Part shown: positions 37,867 to 48,375 of the stretch, one piece after another
Layout: every line of letters starts with the position of its first letter
How positions within the stretch are numbered: the stretch's first letter is position 1
The notes under the pieces: model-generated
What the model was told of the DNA's origin: nothing
Seen by the model: only the letters and a program-made list of their open reading frames with translations
Database searches by the model: none
Source: Zygnema circumcarinatum SAG 698-1b
Taxonomy: Eukaryota; Plantae; Zygnematophyceae
Length of the DNA stretch: 64,000 nucleotides
Assembly: GCA_037447605.1 (NCBI GenBank)
Contig: CM074814.1
Location: 2,790,001-2,854,000 of the forward strand
Direction of reading: 5' to 3'
Program-made: the position numbers and the translations under genes

Positions 37867-38671
37867 TCCAACGACCTGGAAGCGAAACAGCCTACAACTG
37901 GCGGCGGCGACCGATTTAGGAGACGGGCAGGGTCCGCTGGCAGGGCAGGGAAGGGTTTAACGAAAGCGACGGACGGAGATCGCCGAGCGCACGATCGAGC
38001 GCGGAGAGCCGTTCGAGCAGCTCCGAGCAGGGTTTAGCTAGACCTCCAAGAGTAATCTTCGAATGGGAGTTTGCCACGTGGACAAAAGTATGCACGTGGC
38101 GGTTCGTTATTGGACAATATTTCCATAAGCACACATTATTGTCATGGGCGTCCTCTCTTCTAGGAACGTATTGAACAAAACATTGCATGTAGTAAAACCC
38201 AATTTGCACCAAAAAGTGACAATGTTTGGCACCATGTTGTTGTTCAACATTGTAAGAATTGAAGGATGCATGGATGCTTAGGCTAGGCCAGCTAGGTACA
38301 ATGTACATATGCTTGTGGCTGACTAAGATGACTAAGATGTGGACTATCTCTATTGTTGACTAACCACATTCTTGCCATAAACGCACCCGCCAATGTGTTG
38401 AAGCTCGAGTCGACTAAGTTTTGGTCAGACAGTGGTTAACCACCACCTAAAAGTTGGGCCTGGAAGCAGACCAGCTCATAGCCCTTTTCTTTCATCGTGA
38501 GGTCCTTTGTGAGCGGTTGGCTCCTCGTGGCTTCCCATGTTGCTACTTTAGTCCATGCTTTAGTCCATGGCCATGTCCATGTCCCCTTCATGGCACTGCC
38601 ATGGTAAGACCACTGGCAAATTTTATTCTATTCACAGTTGAGTTTGATTTCCCTGGCTAAAAGGTTTTCTT

Positions 38672-41014
38672 TTAGGGTTTATTTTCCCTGGCTGAAAGGT
38701 TTTCTTTTAGGGTTTGCTTTCCCTGGCTTAACTTCTTCACAGTGCTGAGATCAAGGAGCCCTTTGGCGCCCCATCCTCGAACCCCTTCCGGAACCGACGG
38801 CCGAAAGCTCACATAGAGAGGATAGGCTTCTGCACCGATGGCCTCTCGGGGATACGCCGCTGCTAACGCTCGCAATGAGCCTGAAACAAAACGAATCAAA
38901 ACTGATATAAGAATGCAGGAACAGCCACCAACCCTAAAATGACAGAAACGAGAAACTTACTCTTATGCTCATGTCCGTCTGTTTATTCGTTAGTTTGATC
39001 TATGATAAAAACTGGAATGTCGATGTGAAAGCGGAAAATGCTGGACCTTCTCTGTACCTTTCACTTGTTCCAAATGTGGCCCAAAAGCTTTTCGGAGATA
39101 AGCTTCCACGGGGCGGGCCTGGATGGGCTTTCCATTTTGCACAGCAAAAAGTTTTCCATCTGGTGAACGAATTCCAGAAATTTTTGTTCCAAAAACCTGT
39201 GCATGCGCAGATAGCATTTCATCAAAGAGGTGATCTCTCCTCCTACTCTCACTCCCTCACTCTTGCTCCCACTCCCTCACTCTTGCTCCCACTCCCTCAC
39301 TCTTGCTCCCACTCCCTCACTCTTGCCCCCACTCCTTCACTCTTGCTCCCACTCGTACTCTCTCCCTCCCTTTTTCCAATTCATCTTCTCCCACACCTCT
39401 CTCCTCCCTCCCTTTGGCTCATCCCTCCTTTCACCTGATCCCTCTCTCTTCGCCCCCCTGTCTCTCACTCTCACTGATCGCATTCTCTCCATCTCAATCT
39501 CTCTTTCTTCGACACCCTCACTACTTTCGAAAAGTAGACAGTTGTTTTTAAATTCTACAAACAAATTGCTATAATAATCCTTAAAGTACCTACCAAGCTC
39601 CTCCAGCTTAAAGACTCTTAAGGTCCGCGGCTTCTACGGTTTTGCAATCTCTAGGGTTCCTAAACTAAAAGTACGATGTGCTTGACTTTAAAAAAGGTAC
39701 ACTTCAATAAAATCTCACCTGCACCTTCTCAAATTTCTCCCTCTTTCTCCTCTTCTCCTCCTCCTCCTCCTCATCGGCCTCTTCATACAACCCTAATCTT
39801 TTTCCCTTTGCATGTGCATACAAGCCGGCGATCGCTCTCCCAAAACTCAGCCCTTCCTCGAAAGACATTCCTTCTCTTTCAGCCACAATTGCAACCCATA
39901 GAGTCAAAACAGGAGCTCTATTCACAAGAATCTTAACATCGCCTTCGTCTTTCTCGTGCAATTTTTCATATTCTTCTTCCCCACTCGCATCTGTCGGCTG
40001 CTCATGTTTCTCTTCAACGGCAAGACTCTTTGGCTCCTTCACCTTCTGGGGCTTTCCTTGTGGGGTTTTACCTCCCTTCTTAGATTCTTGGGTGTCTTTA
40101 ACTCGACTTCGTTTTGTTCGAGACAAACCTTCTCCTTCTTGGGTAGATGAGTCTATGTTTTTCTCAGATTCCTTATCAGAATCTGGAGGAGCATTGCCCC
40201 TCTTCCACTTACCTCGCCCTTGCAAGTAAAGAAAGGTATAGGCATGGCAAGAATTTGCTTCAAAAAGTGGGTAAGGAAAGGAACAAGGACAATGAAAAAA
40301 AGTAAGAAACACAAACATGCAGAAATTCGCCAACCTTGGTCCAGAAATTAAACTTTTTTATCGCTACAGGCAACATTACATAATCCTTTACAAAAAATAA
40401 ACGATTTCTCAACAATCCTTTCAGGAATTGAAATTGAAGATCGACCAAATTCAGCCATAAGGATGAAACATTTCAATTTTTTGAAAGTATGAAATACCTG
40501 CCACCATCTTCAGAACTATAAGTCGCCGCTCCCACTCCCTCTACCCCCCTCCTCTCTCTCTTCTCTCTACCTGCTTTCTGTTTGTACTTCTCCTGCTCTA
40601 TCTTCTCTCTCCCCTCCCTCTCGCTCTCCTCCACCTTCCTGATTGTTATTCTCTTGTTCTATCTTCTTCCTCTTCTCCTCTCCCTCTCCTCTCTCCCCCA
40701 CCCTCTCGCCCTCCCCTCCACTCTCTCTCTCTTTTCCTCACTCTCTCCCTTCTTCTACTTCCGAGTTTCTCTCCTCTCACCCCCTCCCTTAAGCCTTCGC
40801 TCTCAGACTCTCCCTCTCCCTCTCCCTCTCGTCCTCCCCTCCACTCTCTCTTCCTCACTCTCTCCCTTCTTCTACTTCCGAGATTCTCTCCTCTCACCCC
40901 CTCCCTTAAGCCTTCGCTCTCAGACTCTCCCTCTCCCTCTCCCTCTCCCTCTCCCTCTCCCTCTCCCTCTCCCTCTCCCACCTGCTACCTCTCCCCTCCT
41001 TCATGTCCGTCCAT
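38672..41014 (-). CDS. Conserved protein of unknown function (NRAPVLTLW...FRPSVPEG..GWGAKG.LDL domain) with a K/E-rich N-terminal region; start uncertain
   Basis: Spliced exons: ~40210-39704 (ILVNRAPVLTLWVAIVAERE...KRLGLYE), 39200-39058 (VFGTKI...EAYLRKAFG..EQVKG) and 38880-38672 (SLRALAAAYP...YVSFRPSVPEGVRGWGAKGLLDL). Phases are consistent. Confidence 0.75.
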
Positions 41015-41498
41015 TAGGACATCTTAGACTTAAAAAATCGCTAGTAGCAATGAAGTAAAAACTTCTGTAAATCTGATACCAAAACGAGCACTGGGGCCAC
41101 CACGATCGACCTGCAAAGGAGCATATTCCGTATATAAAAAACCTTTTTAATACTTCTGAAGGAAAATCTTTCGTTCGAAATAAATCTCTCCCCTCGGCCC
41201 CTCCCCCTCTCGCCCACTGCCTGCCTGCATGCATGCATGCCTTTCCCCAAATTCAACAAGCCATCAAAGTCAACGAAGTCAACGACCAGCTTCTGCGAAT
41301 GAAAGCCTATTTCGTCGTCAGCGCGTCAAATGAAATTCGGACGCACTTTTTGTGTTCTTGAAGAGGATCGCTCCCCTCTGCGAACAAATTGAGAGGGAAA
41401 GGTCAGTAAATAAATATTAAAATCAGGCGAAAGCTTATTAGGAGGAGGAGAAATAAAATTTAAAATTTTAGGGATCATTTTGGCATCGAAAAGAAGGG

Positions 41499-42945
41499 AT
41501 GGGGAGCACTGAAGATGAGAAGAGAGAAGGGAAGAAGGCGGTGCAGGACGAGCAGACGCAGCCTCCCCTGAGCAGCGATGAAGAGTTTGCAAAAGGGCTG
41601 CAGGTAGGCTTTTGCTTATCATATTCTAACAGCTTTATTTTTCTGCAATCGTAATGTTATACAGTATGTTGCTATTGGATTTTTAGGTCTTGGGGTTTGT
41701 GCTTGCTTGCGTGCTCGCAAAAAATGTTGTCGAACTGAAGGTGGGAAGAGTTTTTTTTAATTTTTCGCGCGAGTTTGGATGAAAAATGTATCGGCTTCAC
41801 AATGTTTTTCTTAGGGTTTTTTTTTTTTTGCCTTCTCGTTTGCTGCAAGGTTGTGATCCTTTCAAAATATGTTCCTTCGAACGACTGGAAACAACATCTT
41901 TCCTTCATCACTTTCTTATCGTATCACCTTTTGTCTCATCTCCCTCCCTCTCCCTCTCCCTTTCCCTTTCCCTCTCCCTCTCTATATGTCTGCAGGAAGC
42001 AGGAGAGGCAGAGCAGGAGTGGGCTTGGGTTCAGCCCCTCTCAACCTGTCCTCACTTGAACTCTGTCCCTCCCTTCAAGGGAGAGCTCCCAAGATTTGAT
42101 ACCCCTTGTGCAAGGTGCGTTCCTGCAGCTTTGAATCTCGCATCATCTTGCATTCATGTGTCATGAATTGACCTACCTCTGACTACTGCATGCAAAAATG
42201 TTTCTCTGCTCCACCAGTTGCGGAGACGGTAAGGAGAACTGGGTTTGTTTGGCCTGCAACACGGTGCAATGTGGGCGCTATCGCGGGGGACATATGATGG
42301 CTCACAACAAGGCGGAAGGGCATCCGCTAGCAATGGGCTTCAGGTGCGCTTCAGTTCCAATGAAACTTTAAACCTTAAACCTTAAACCCCCCCTCTCCCC
42401 CTCTCCCTCTCTCCTCCTCCCGCCACCCTCTCTCTCTCGCTTCCTTTTCCCCCACCTCCCCCACCCCTCGCCCCTCTCTCTCTCCCCCTCTCCCTCCCCC
42501 CCTTCCCCCTCCTCCCCCACTCCTTCCCCCTCGTCCGCCTCCCTCTCTCGCTCTCTCCCCCAACCCCTCCCACTTCCTTCCCCCCTCTTCCCCTCTCTCC
42601 GTCCGCCCCTTCCCGCTTCCCCCTTTACCCCCCTCCCCTCCCGCTTCCCTCGCTCCCTCCCCCCTCCCCCACACTCCCCGCCCATCACTCTCTTTCTCCT
42701 TCCCCCCTCCCCCTCCTCCCGTTTCCCCTCCCACTCTCTCCCTCCCTTCTCCCTCACGCCTCTACGTTTCTACGTCCCCTCGTTGGATGGACGCGTGCAG
42801 GGACCTGTCCGTATGGTGTTTTCCATGCTCGGCCTATCTGGATGCAGAAATAATCGCAGAATTGAACCCTTATCATGAAGCGCTACATGTGATGAAGTTC
42901 GGACAGGCCCCTCCTCGATCCCTTCAGCATAAACTGGGCGATTAG
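41499..42945 (+). CDS. Stand-alone ZnF-UBP (HDAC6 BUZ-like) ubiquitin-binding protein
   Basis: Exons 41499-41603, 41996-42114, 42218-42343 and 42801-42945 give CPHL...C..C...ENWVCLACNTVQCGRYRGGHMMAH...H.LAMGF.DLSVWCFPCSAYL...HVMKFGQAPP. Confidence 0.9.
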
Positions 42946-43055
42946 GGTTTGATGAGTAGGAACGCGGCTTAGGTTTAGGGTTCAGGGACGTTCTTTAAAG
43001 CAGCAATGTTTGATGGAGTTCCTTGATGGCTGTTCTTGTCAATTTGTTCTGCCTT

Positions 43056-43108
<53 letters not shown>

Positions 43109-43541
43109 TTCTCAACACAGAAACTGCTCGGGATAGTTCGAATGGGACGAGTATCAGCAGATGGAAATTGTCGACAGATTGGAAGATGGGTTCCAGAAAT
43201 ACTTTGTATGAGAATGTTCTTGAACCGAAGGGAGATCGTTTCTGTAAATTTGCAAAACACTGGTAAACAATATTTTGGGAAAACATCAATTACATGTTTA
43301 CTATGCTCAAAACGTCAAACAGCTTGCTTGGATAGCCTTGGAACTTGTACTGCTTAATGTAAAAAACAAGACAAAACTTTATCTGGAGACTCCACGAAAC
43401 TGAACTACGCTTCAAATTGCATGTCCTGAACCCTACTTCACTCCTTCAGGTCCTTCAAAACAATGTTGTTGTCAACTGTACAAAGTGGCGAAAACCCCTA
43501 AAAACCCTAAAAGCTCTACAGGCATTCCACCACGGCGTGGC

Positions 43542-46087
43542 TCACACACGGTTGGATTGCCTTCCCTCAGCGCCGTAGTACTGCCTCGTGGTTTCCTTCG
43601 AAAACTCAGCAAAGGTATTTCCTTCCTTCCATCTTCCGGCTAAAGGAGGAACAACATCTTCCAAAGCTGCCTCGCGGTTGAACATGTTTTCTTGCCTCTT
43701 GATTAAGTCAATCTGATGACTTTTCCCACCACTTGGTCTCTCCTTCTCCTTCTCCTCCCCCTCCCCCTCCCCCTCCCCCTCTCCTCCCTTCTCCTCTCTC
43801 ACCGACTCCCGGTTGGACATAATGGCATTTGAAGCAGGACCTTTCCCTGATACAGTCTTCTCGCGTCTACAAAGGGAGTCCTTTTTGTCGCTTATATCCT
43901 CACTAACTAAAGCCACTTCTGAAACTCCCTTCTCCGAGAAACTCATCTTTGATAAACTCGTTTCTGAAAAACTCGCTTCAGGAGACCGCATTTCTGAACA
44001 CCCCCGTTGAAAAAAAACCCGGTTTTCCCTTCCCACTTTGACGCCTTCAAGCACATCCTTTCTGCTGAAGGAAGGCGGAGGGTAAAGAGAAGCACCCCAC
44101 GACGGTTGCATGAATACCACAAACATCTCTCTACTTACCTCTTCCGTCCCACTCTCTACTGGTCTCAGCACACAATGAGGAGCTGCTCTCAACAGACCTC
44201 CTGAAAGAATCTGAGCCGCTTCACCCACCTGAATAGCGACACAGCCGAGAGGAATCTCCATACTCACTTTCATTCCCGTCCTTTGGTGCAAAACCTGAAG
44301 GCCAGAAACTGCATCCCCTCCCTCTAATTCAATTCCCCCCAATCTCTCTCCCTCGGTCGGTCGGTCTCCCTCGGTCCTTCCCTCTCCCAATTCCTTCCTA
44401 ACTTTCCTGCACCTCCCCGCTTCCCCTCCCTCTCCCACTCCTTCTGCCTCTCTGTCCCTGCATTCAGGACCCAAGTAGACGGGACTTGTGAGAGCGGTAA
44501 GGAGCCCATAATCAAAATGCCATTGCTGCCAAAAAGGACCCAAGTCAGGCGGCTCGACAAGAACCTTCCTTCCTGTGGAAAGTTCTGCTCTTTCCTCCCT
44601 CTCTTCCCGTTCTTTGACTGAATCTACACTACGGCAACCTTCACAGTTTTGACGCCTTACACTGCCTTTAGGGTTATCAAAACTGTTGTTGGGGATTTCA
44701 GGGTTTCTAACTTTTTGAGAAATGCTGTCAGCCTTAATACTTTTACCCTCCTTCCTCTTCACCCGCTTAGCTTCAATTTCCCTCCATTCCCTCCTCGCAT
44801 GGTAGTGAATAAGCCTTCCTTTCGCACCACCTGCATCAGACATGGCCTTCTCAATCTCAACCCCATTTCCCAACCCCATATCACAAATTCGAGCGACTAG
44901 TAGACACACATCTATCAATTCCGTTCCCAACTGCCGAAAGAGAGAACCAAGACCTAGAAAATTCTCATTCCTTCCGTTTCCCTTCCATGCATTTCCTGCA
45001 GCAGTTGTGTCGGTAAATCCAACTTTCTTGCAATCGACAATAAAACGTGAATCTCCTCTATTGGCTGCGGACGGAGGGGAGGTCTCTGATTGGTCGCCTT
45101 CAACTGTCAGCCCTTCGACTGAAGAGACTTTCTCCGTGCGATGTTCCATAGGAGGTTGTTCTGAAAATTGCAGTTGAGCAGCATATGAAGAAACACTACG
45201 GTGGGGGTCCTTTGAAGGAAGATCTGAACCCAAACCATGTACCTGCAGAGAAAGGTTTTAAGATCAAGATGCCACGTTAACTTAGAGATGAATTAGGCGA
45301 GAGAAGGAGATAGTATTAGAGTTAAAGTTTGATGCTTAGATTGAGCTTTAGTGTTGGGGACGATGGAAACATAAGGAATATTGCCCTACGTTTGAGAAAT
45401 CCATCACCTTTGGTAGGCTTGAGATGTGTGATCTATGAAGAGAGCTTCCACAATAGCTATTAGAGATACACAAAACGATAATCACACATCCATTGTTTTT
45501 CATTGTAAGAAATGGAAAAGCGACAAGTTTTGATTGTGCATCCTCTCATTGCTAGCATTATCCTAACCCAAACCTTAATTCTACCCGTGAATTACATGCT
45601 AGCCTTTCCTTAGAAACACACTCATAAATCTAGCTCTAATCTAACGCCAACCATTCCTCTAACCCTAACCCTAACCCTAACCATTCCCCTAACCCTAACC
45701 CTAACCCTAACCCTAACCCTAACCCTAACCCTAACCCTAACTCACCTTGAGCACCTTCGACCTCTCCGAATGATCCATGAGAGCCAGCTCCCTCGCCATC
45801 GGCAACAGCTGTCGCCGCAGCTCTTCGACACGTGGCACCCCTTCCACCGCCAGAATGCCCGCCCCCTCCCTCCCTAATGCCGAGACGACCCTCCGTACCG
45901 CATCCTCCGTAGCCGAGGAGGGGTCCCTCCGGGCCATGGCTGCCGCCGTGAGGACGGCGGCATAGGGGAGGATTTCAAGCTGGAGAGACGCATTTTTAGG
46001 GTTGGCAGGCAGCATTCCTGCTGAGGGTGGGGCTCTAACAGAAGCTGCAGGGTTCAGGGTTTCAGATTTCTTGAGTCTTTCCTCCAT
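43542..46087 (-). CDS. 2-oxoglutarate/Fe(II)-dependent oxygenase (At3g63290-like clade as recalled), 2 exons
   Basis: Exons 46087-45746 and 45242-43542. GILAVEGVP, IHYH, the HxD motif WHFDYGLLTALT, IQVGEAAQILSGG..R..PHCV and SRE.FVVF.QP are present. Confidence 0.85.
45659..45740 (-). repeat. (TTAGGG)n, about 12 units, directly after a 5' splice site
   Basis: The sense strand reads GTGAG-TTAGGG-TTAGGG... from the donor at 45745. Confidence 0.9.
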
Positions 46088-46711
46088 ATGTCTTAAAAAA
46101 CCTCAAACCCTAAAACCCCCAACCCTAAAAACCCCAACAAAAAACCTAAAGAACTGAATGGCAAGTCAATGAAGCTGTGTCTGTCAGTGACTCAGTGCGC
46201 ACTCCGCAGGGAGACGCTACATGTGCGCCGTTCTGAGAGGCGTCTAACGAGAAACTGGAACTGGACCGGAACTGCGACAGCAGCTGTTATACATTACGGG
46301 AATCGTGTCGTGTGGCGACAAAATGGCACCGACACCAGCTCGCCTCGCGATTGGCCACGCGAATTTATTTGTATGTCCGCACTTGCCAATCGGCGGCTGA
46401 GAGCCGTTGGATCAAGCACACGCCTTCGAGATTGGCGATTTCCCATCGTTGGATGAAGTAACGACGAGCCTCAGCCGTCGGATGACTTCTCGTCGCCTTT
46501 TTTCTCCATCGCAAATTTTTGGCCTGAAACTTGTCCAATCGAGACGCACCAAGTCAGCAATTCGCCTACGTGGCATCTTCCCATTGGTCGAGTTTCAGTT
46601 TGCTACATGAAGAAGGGATCGTACGGCACTCTGGCGATATTTCGTACATGTGAATATACGTCCGTACAATTCAAGATCGTACGGTTCCGATAAATCTGTA
46701 AGGCAGACGTA

Positions 46712-47502
46712 CAGGGCTCTTCAAATAGGGGAGATCCCCTAAATATCGTAAATAGCTTATTTATGTAAGATTTTGAGATTAGTTTACGTGATTTCAACTT
46801 AAATACCACACAAGCCCCAAAAAAACATTTTTTTGGTTAAAAACAAAAGGAAATGAATTGCATTTGCAACCACGATAGCAATGATGTATATAAACTTTAC
46901 TTGTTGATATAACAACACGGCTTTAGAAACTGGTGCAACCTCTTCGACTCTTATAGATTGGTAAATTTTACCAATCAATTAGAACAACTGTGCATTTGGC
47001 AATCACAACATATAGTTGCTTATTCAAAAACCCAATTGCACGGAAACTTTGTAGATCCAATCCTAAGCTCTCTATTTCCTTTTCCATCCATCATTAATTA
47101 CTCCAAGTATCACTTTAGAATCCATCATAGTCTTGAAATTTCCTCNNNNNNNNNNAAATGAAATGAAAAATGGTCTCACTCCCTTAGGAGTTTTAGGCTG
47201 AACAAGACAACTATAGAAGTGATGCAAACTACTCAAAGAGACCCTCGAAAAGCGGTCAAACTATCAAACTGTTTGCAGTGAAGAATGCCTTCCAATGAAA
47301 AGTCTGTCAACCTCTTTCGACACTCGTCTTTCTCCCATCCAATTACTGAAAAATCAAACTCGACGATAGCAGTGTTGGGAAATGATGAACGTCCGTACGT
47401 GCACGGTTTTGTCCGTACAGTCCATATTTACGTGTTTTTACAAAACCAAGTTAGGGGACAGTCCCCTATCTTAAGCCGAAATCCCCTATTTGAAGAGCCC
47501 TG
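46712..47502. mobile_element. Non-autonomous hAT-family DNA transposon (MITE-like), about 0.8 kb with an internal N gap
   Basis: Perfect 20-bp TIRs CAGGGCTCTTCAAATAGGGG (46712-46731) and CCCCTATTTGAAGAGCCCTG (47483-47502). An 8-bp TSD, CAGACGTA, sits at 46704-46711 and 47503-47510. Subterminal GGGGA..TCCCC motifs are present. CAGGG termini with an 8-bp TSD are hAT hallmarks. Confidence 0.9.
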
Positions 47503-48375
47503 CAGACGTACCAATGCCGTACACATGGTACAAATTTCTGATATCCGTACCATACTTTTGTGACCGATATGTACGGTAACTTCCTCGATAAAGTCACGTC
47601 GATTTTTAGGGTTCCGTCGCCTGCATCTTGAACTATAGAGGGATGGGTTCTGAGGGAGCTGCTCTGCCCGTCATGGCTGCCCCCTCCTGTCTGTGATGTG
47701 ATGGGACATATCATACCATACCCATATCATACAGATTCGTGCCGTATTGTATCAGACCGGGAATCCTAAAGGGACCCGTGGATTACAGATTGAAGCCTGC
47801 ATTAGGAGAGTGTGAGCGAGCTTCAGGCGCTAAGCAGCGTGCATTCAAGGTGGGAATTTGCCTGTTTTCCTTCAATTTCGATGATTTTGTGCGTATTTTA
47901 TCGTTGGAGAGGTTTGCAAATGTTAGCATTGCTGTCCGCGAGTGATGTGGAGATGGGCCATGAGAGCAGGTTCTTCATGTTGCAGATTATGTTTCAAACA
48001 AGGGTTTCCATGCGTTGGCTCTATATGCTTGATCAGCTGCGCAGTTTTATAGTTTGCAGCTGTACGGGCTGCATAGATGCGTGGAGACTCAACCCTTGCT
48101 GGCTGAATTCAATTCAAATAAAACAGCTCAATTCAGATGTGTTCGCTTTCTGGTTTCGGAAGCTTTTGAATTCCTGACGTCTTTCTGTTCAATGTCAACT
48201 GTCTGAATGGTTGTTTAAGTGGTTTTCAGAAAGTAGAAAACGTACTGCTCGATGAATTTGCAAAGCTTGAAACCCCAAATTCTGCAAATTTGACAGCTCG
48301 TTTTAGTTTATTTTTCTTTCGCAGGAATAACATAGCTTGTGCGTAAGATGCCCTCCCGGGATTAAAGCAGCTCAA

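Noticed and set aside
20539-42945. A 'ubiquitin-sensing gene cluster' (UBZ-PGAM plus ZnF-UBP)
   Set aside because: The genes are about 17 kb apart with unrelated housekeeping genes between them; there is no evidence for functional clustering.
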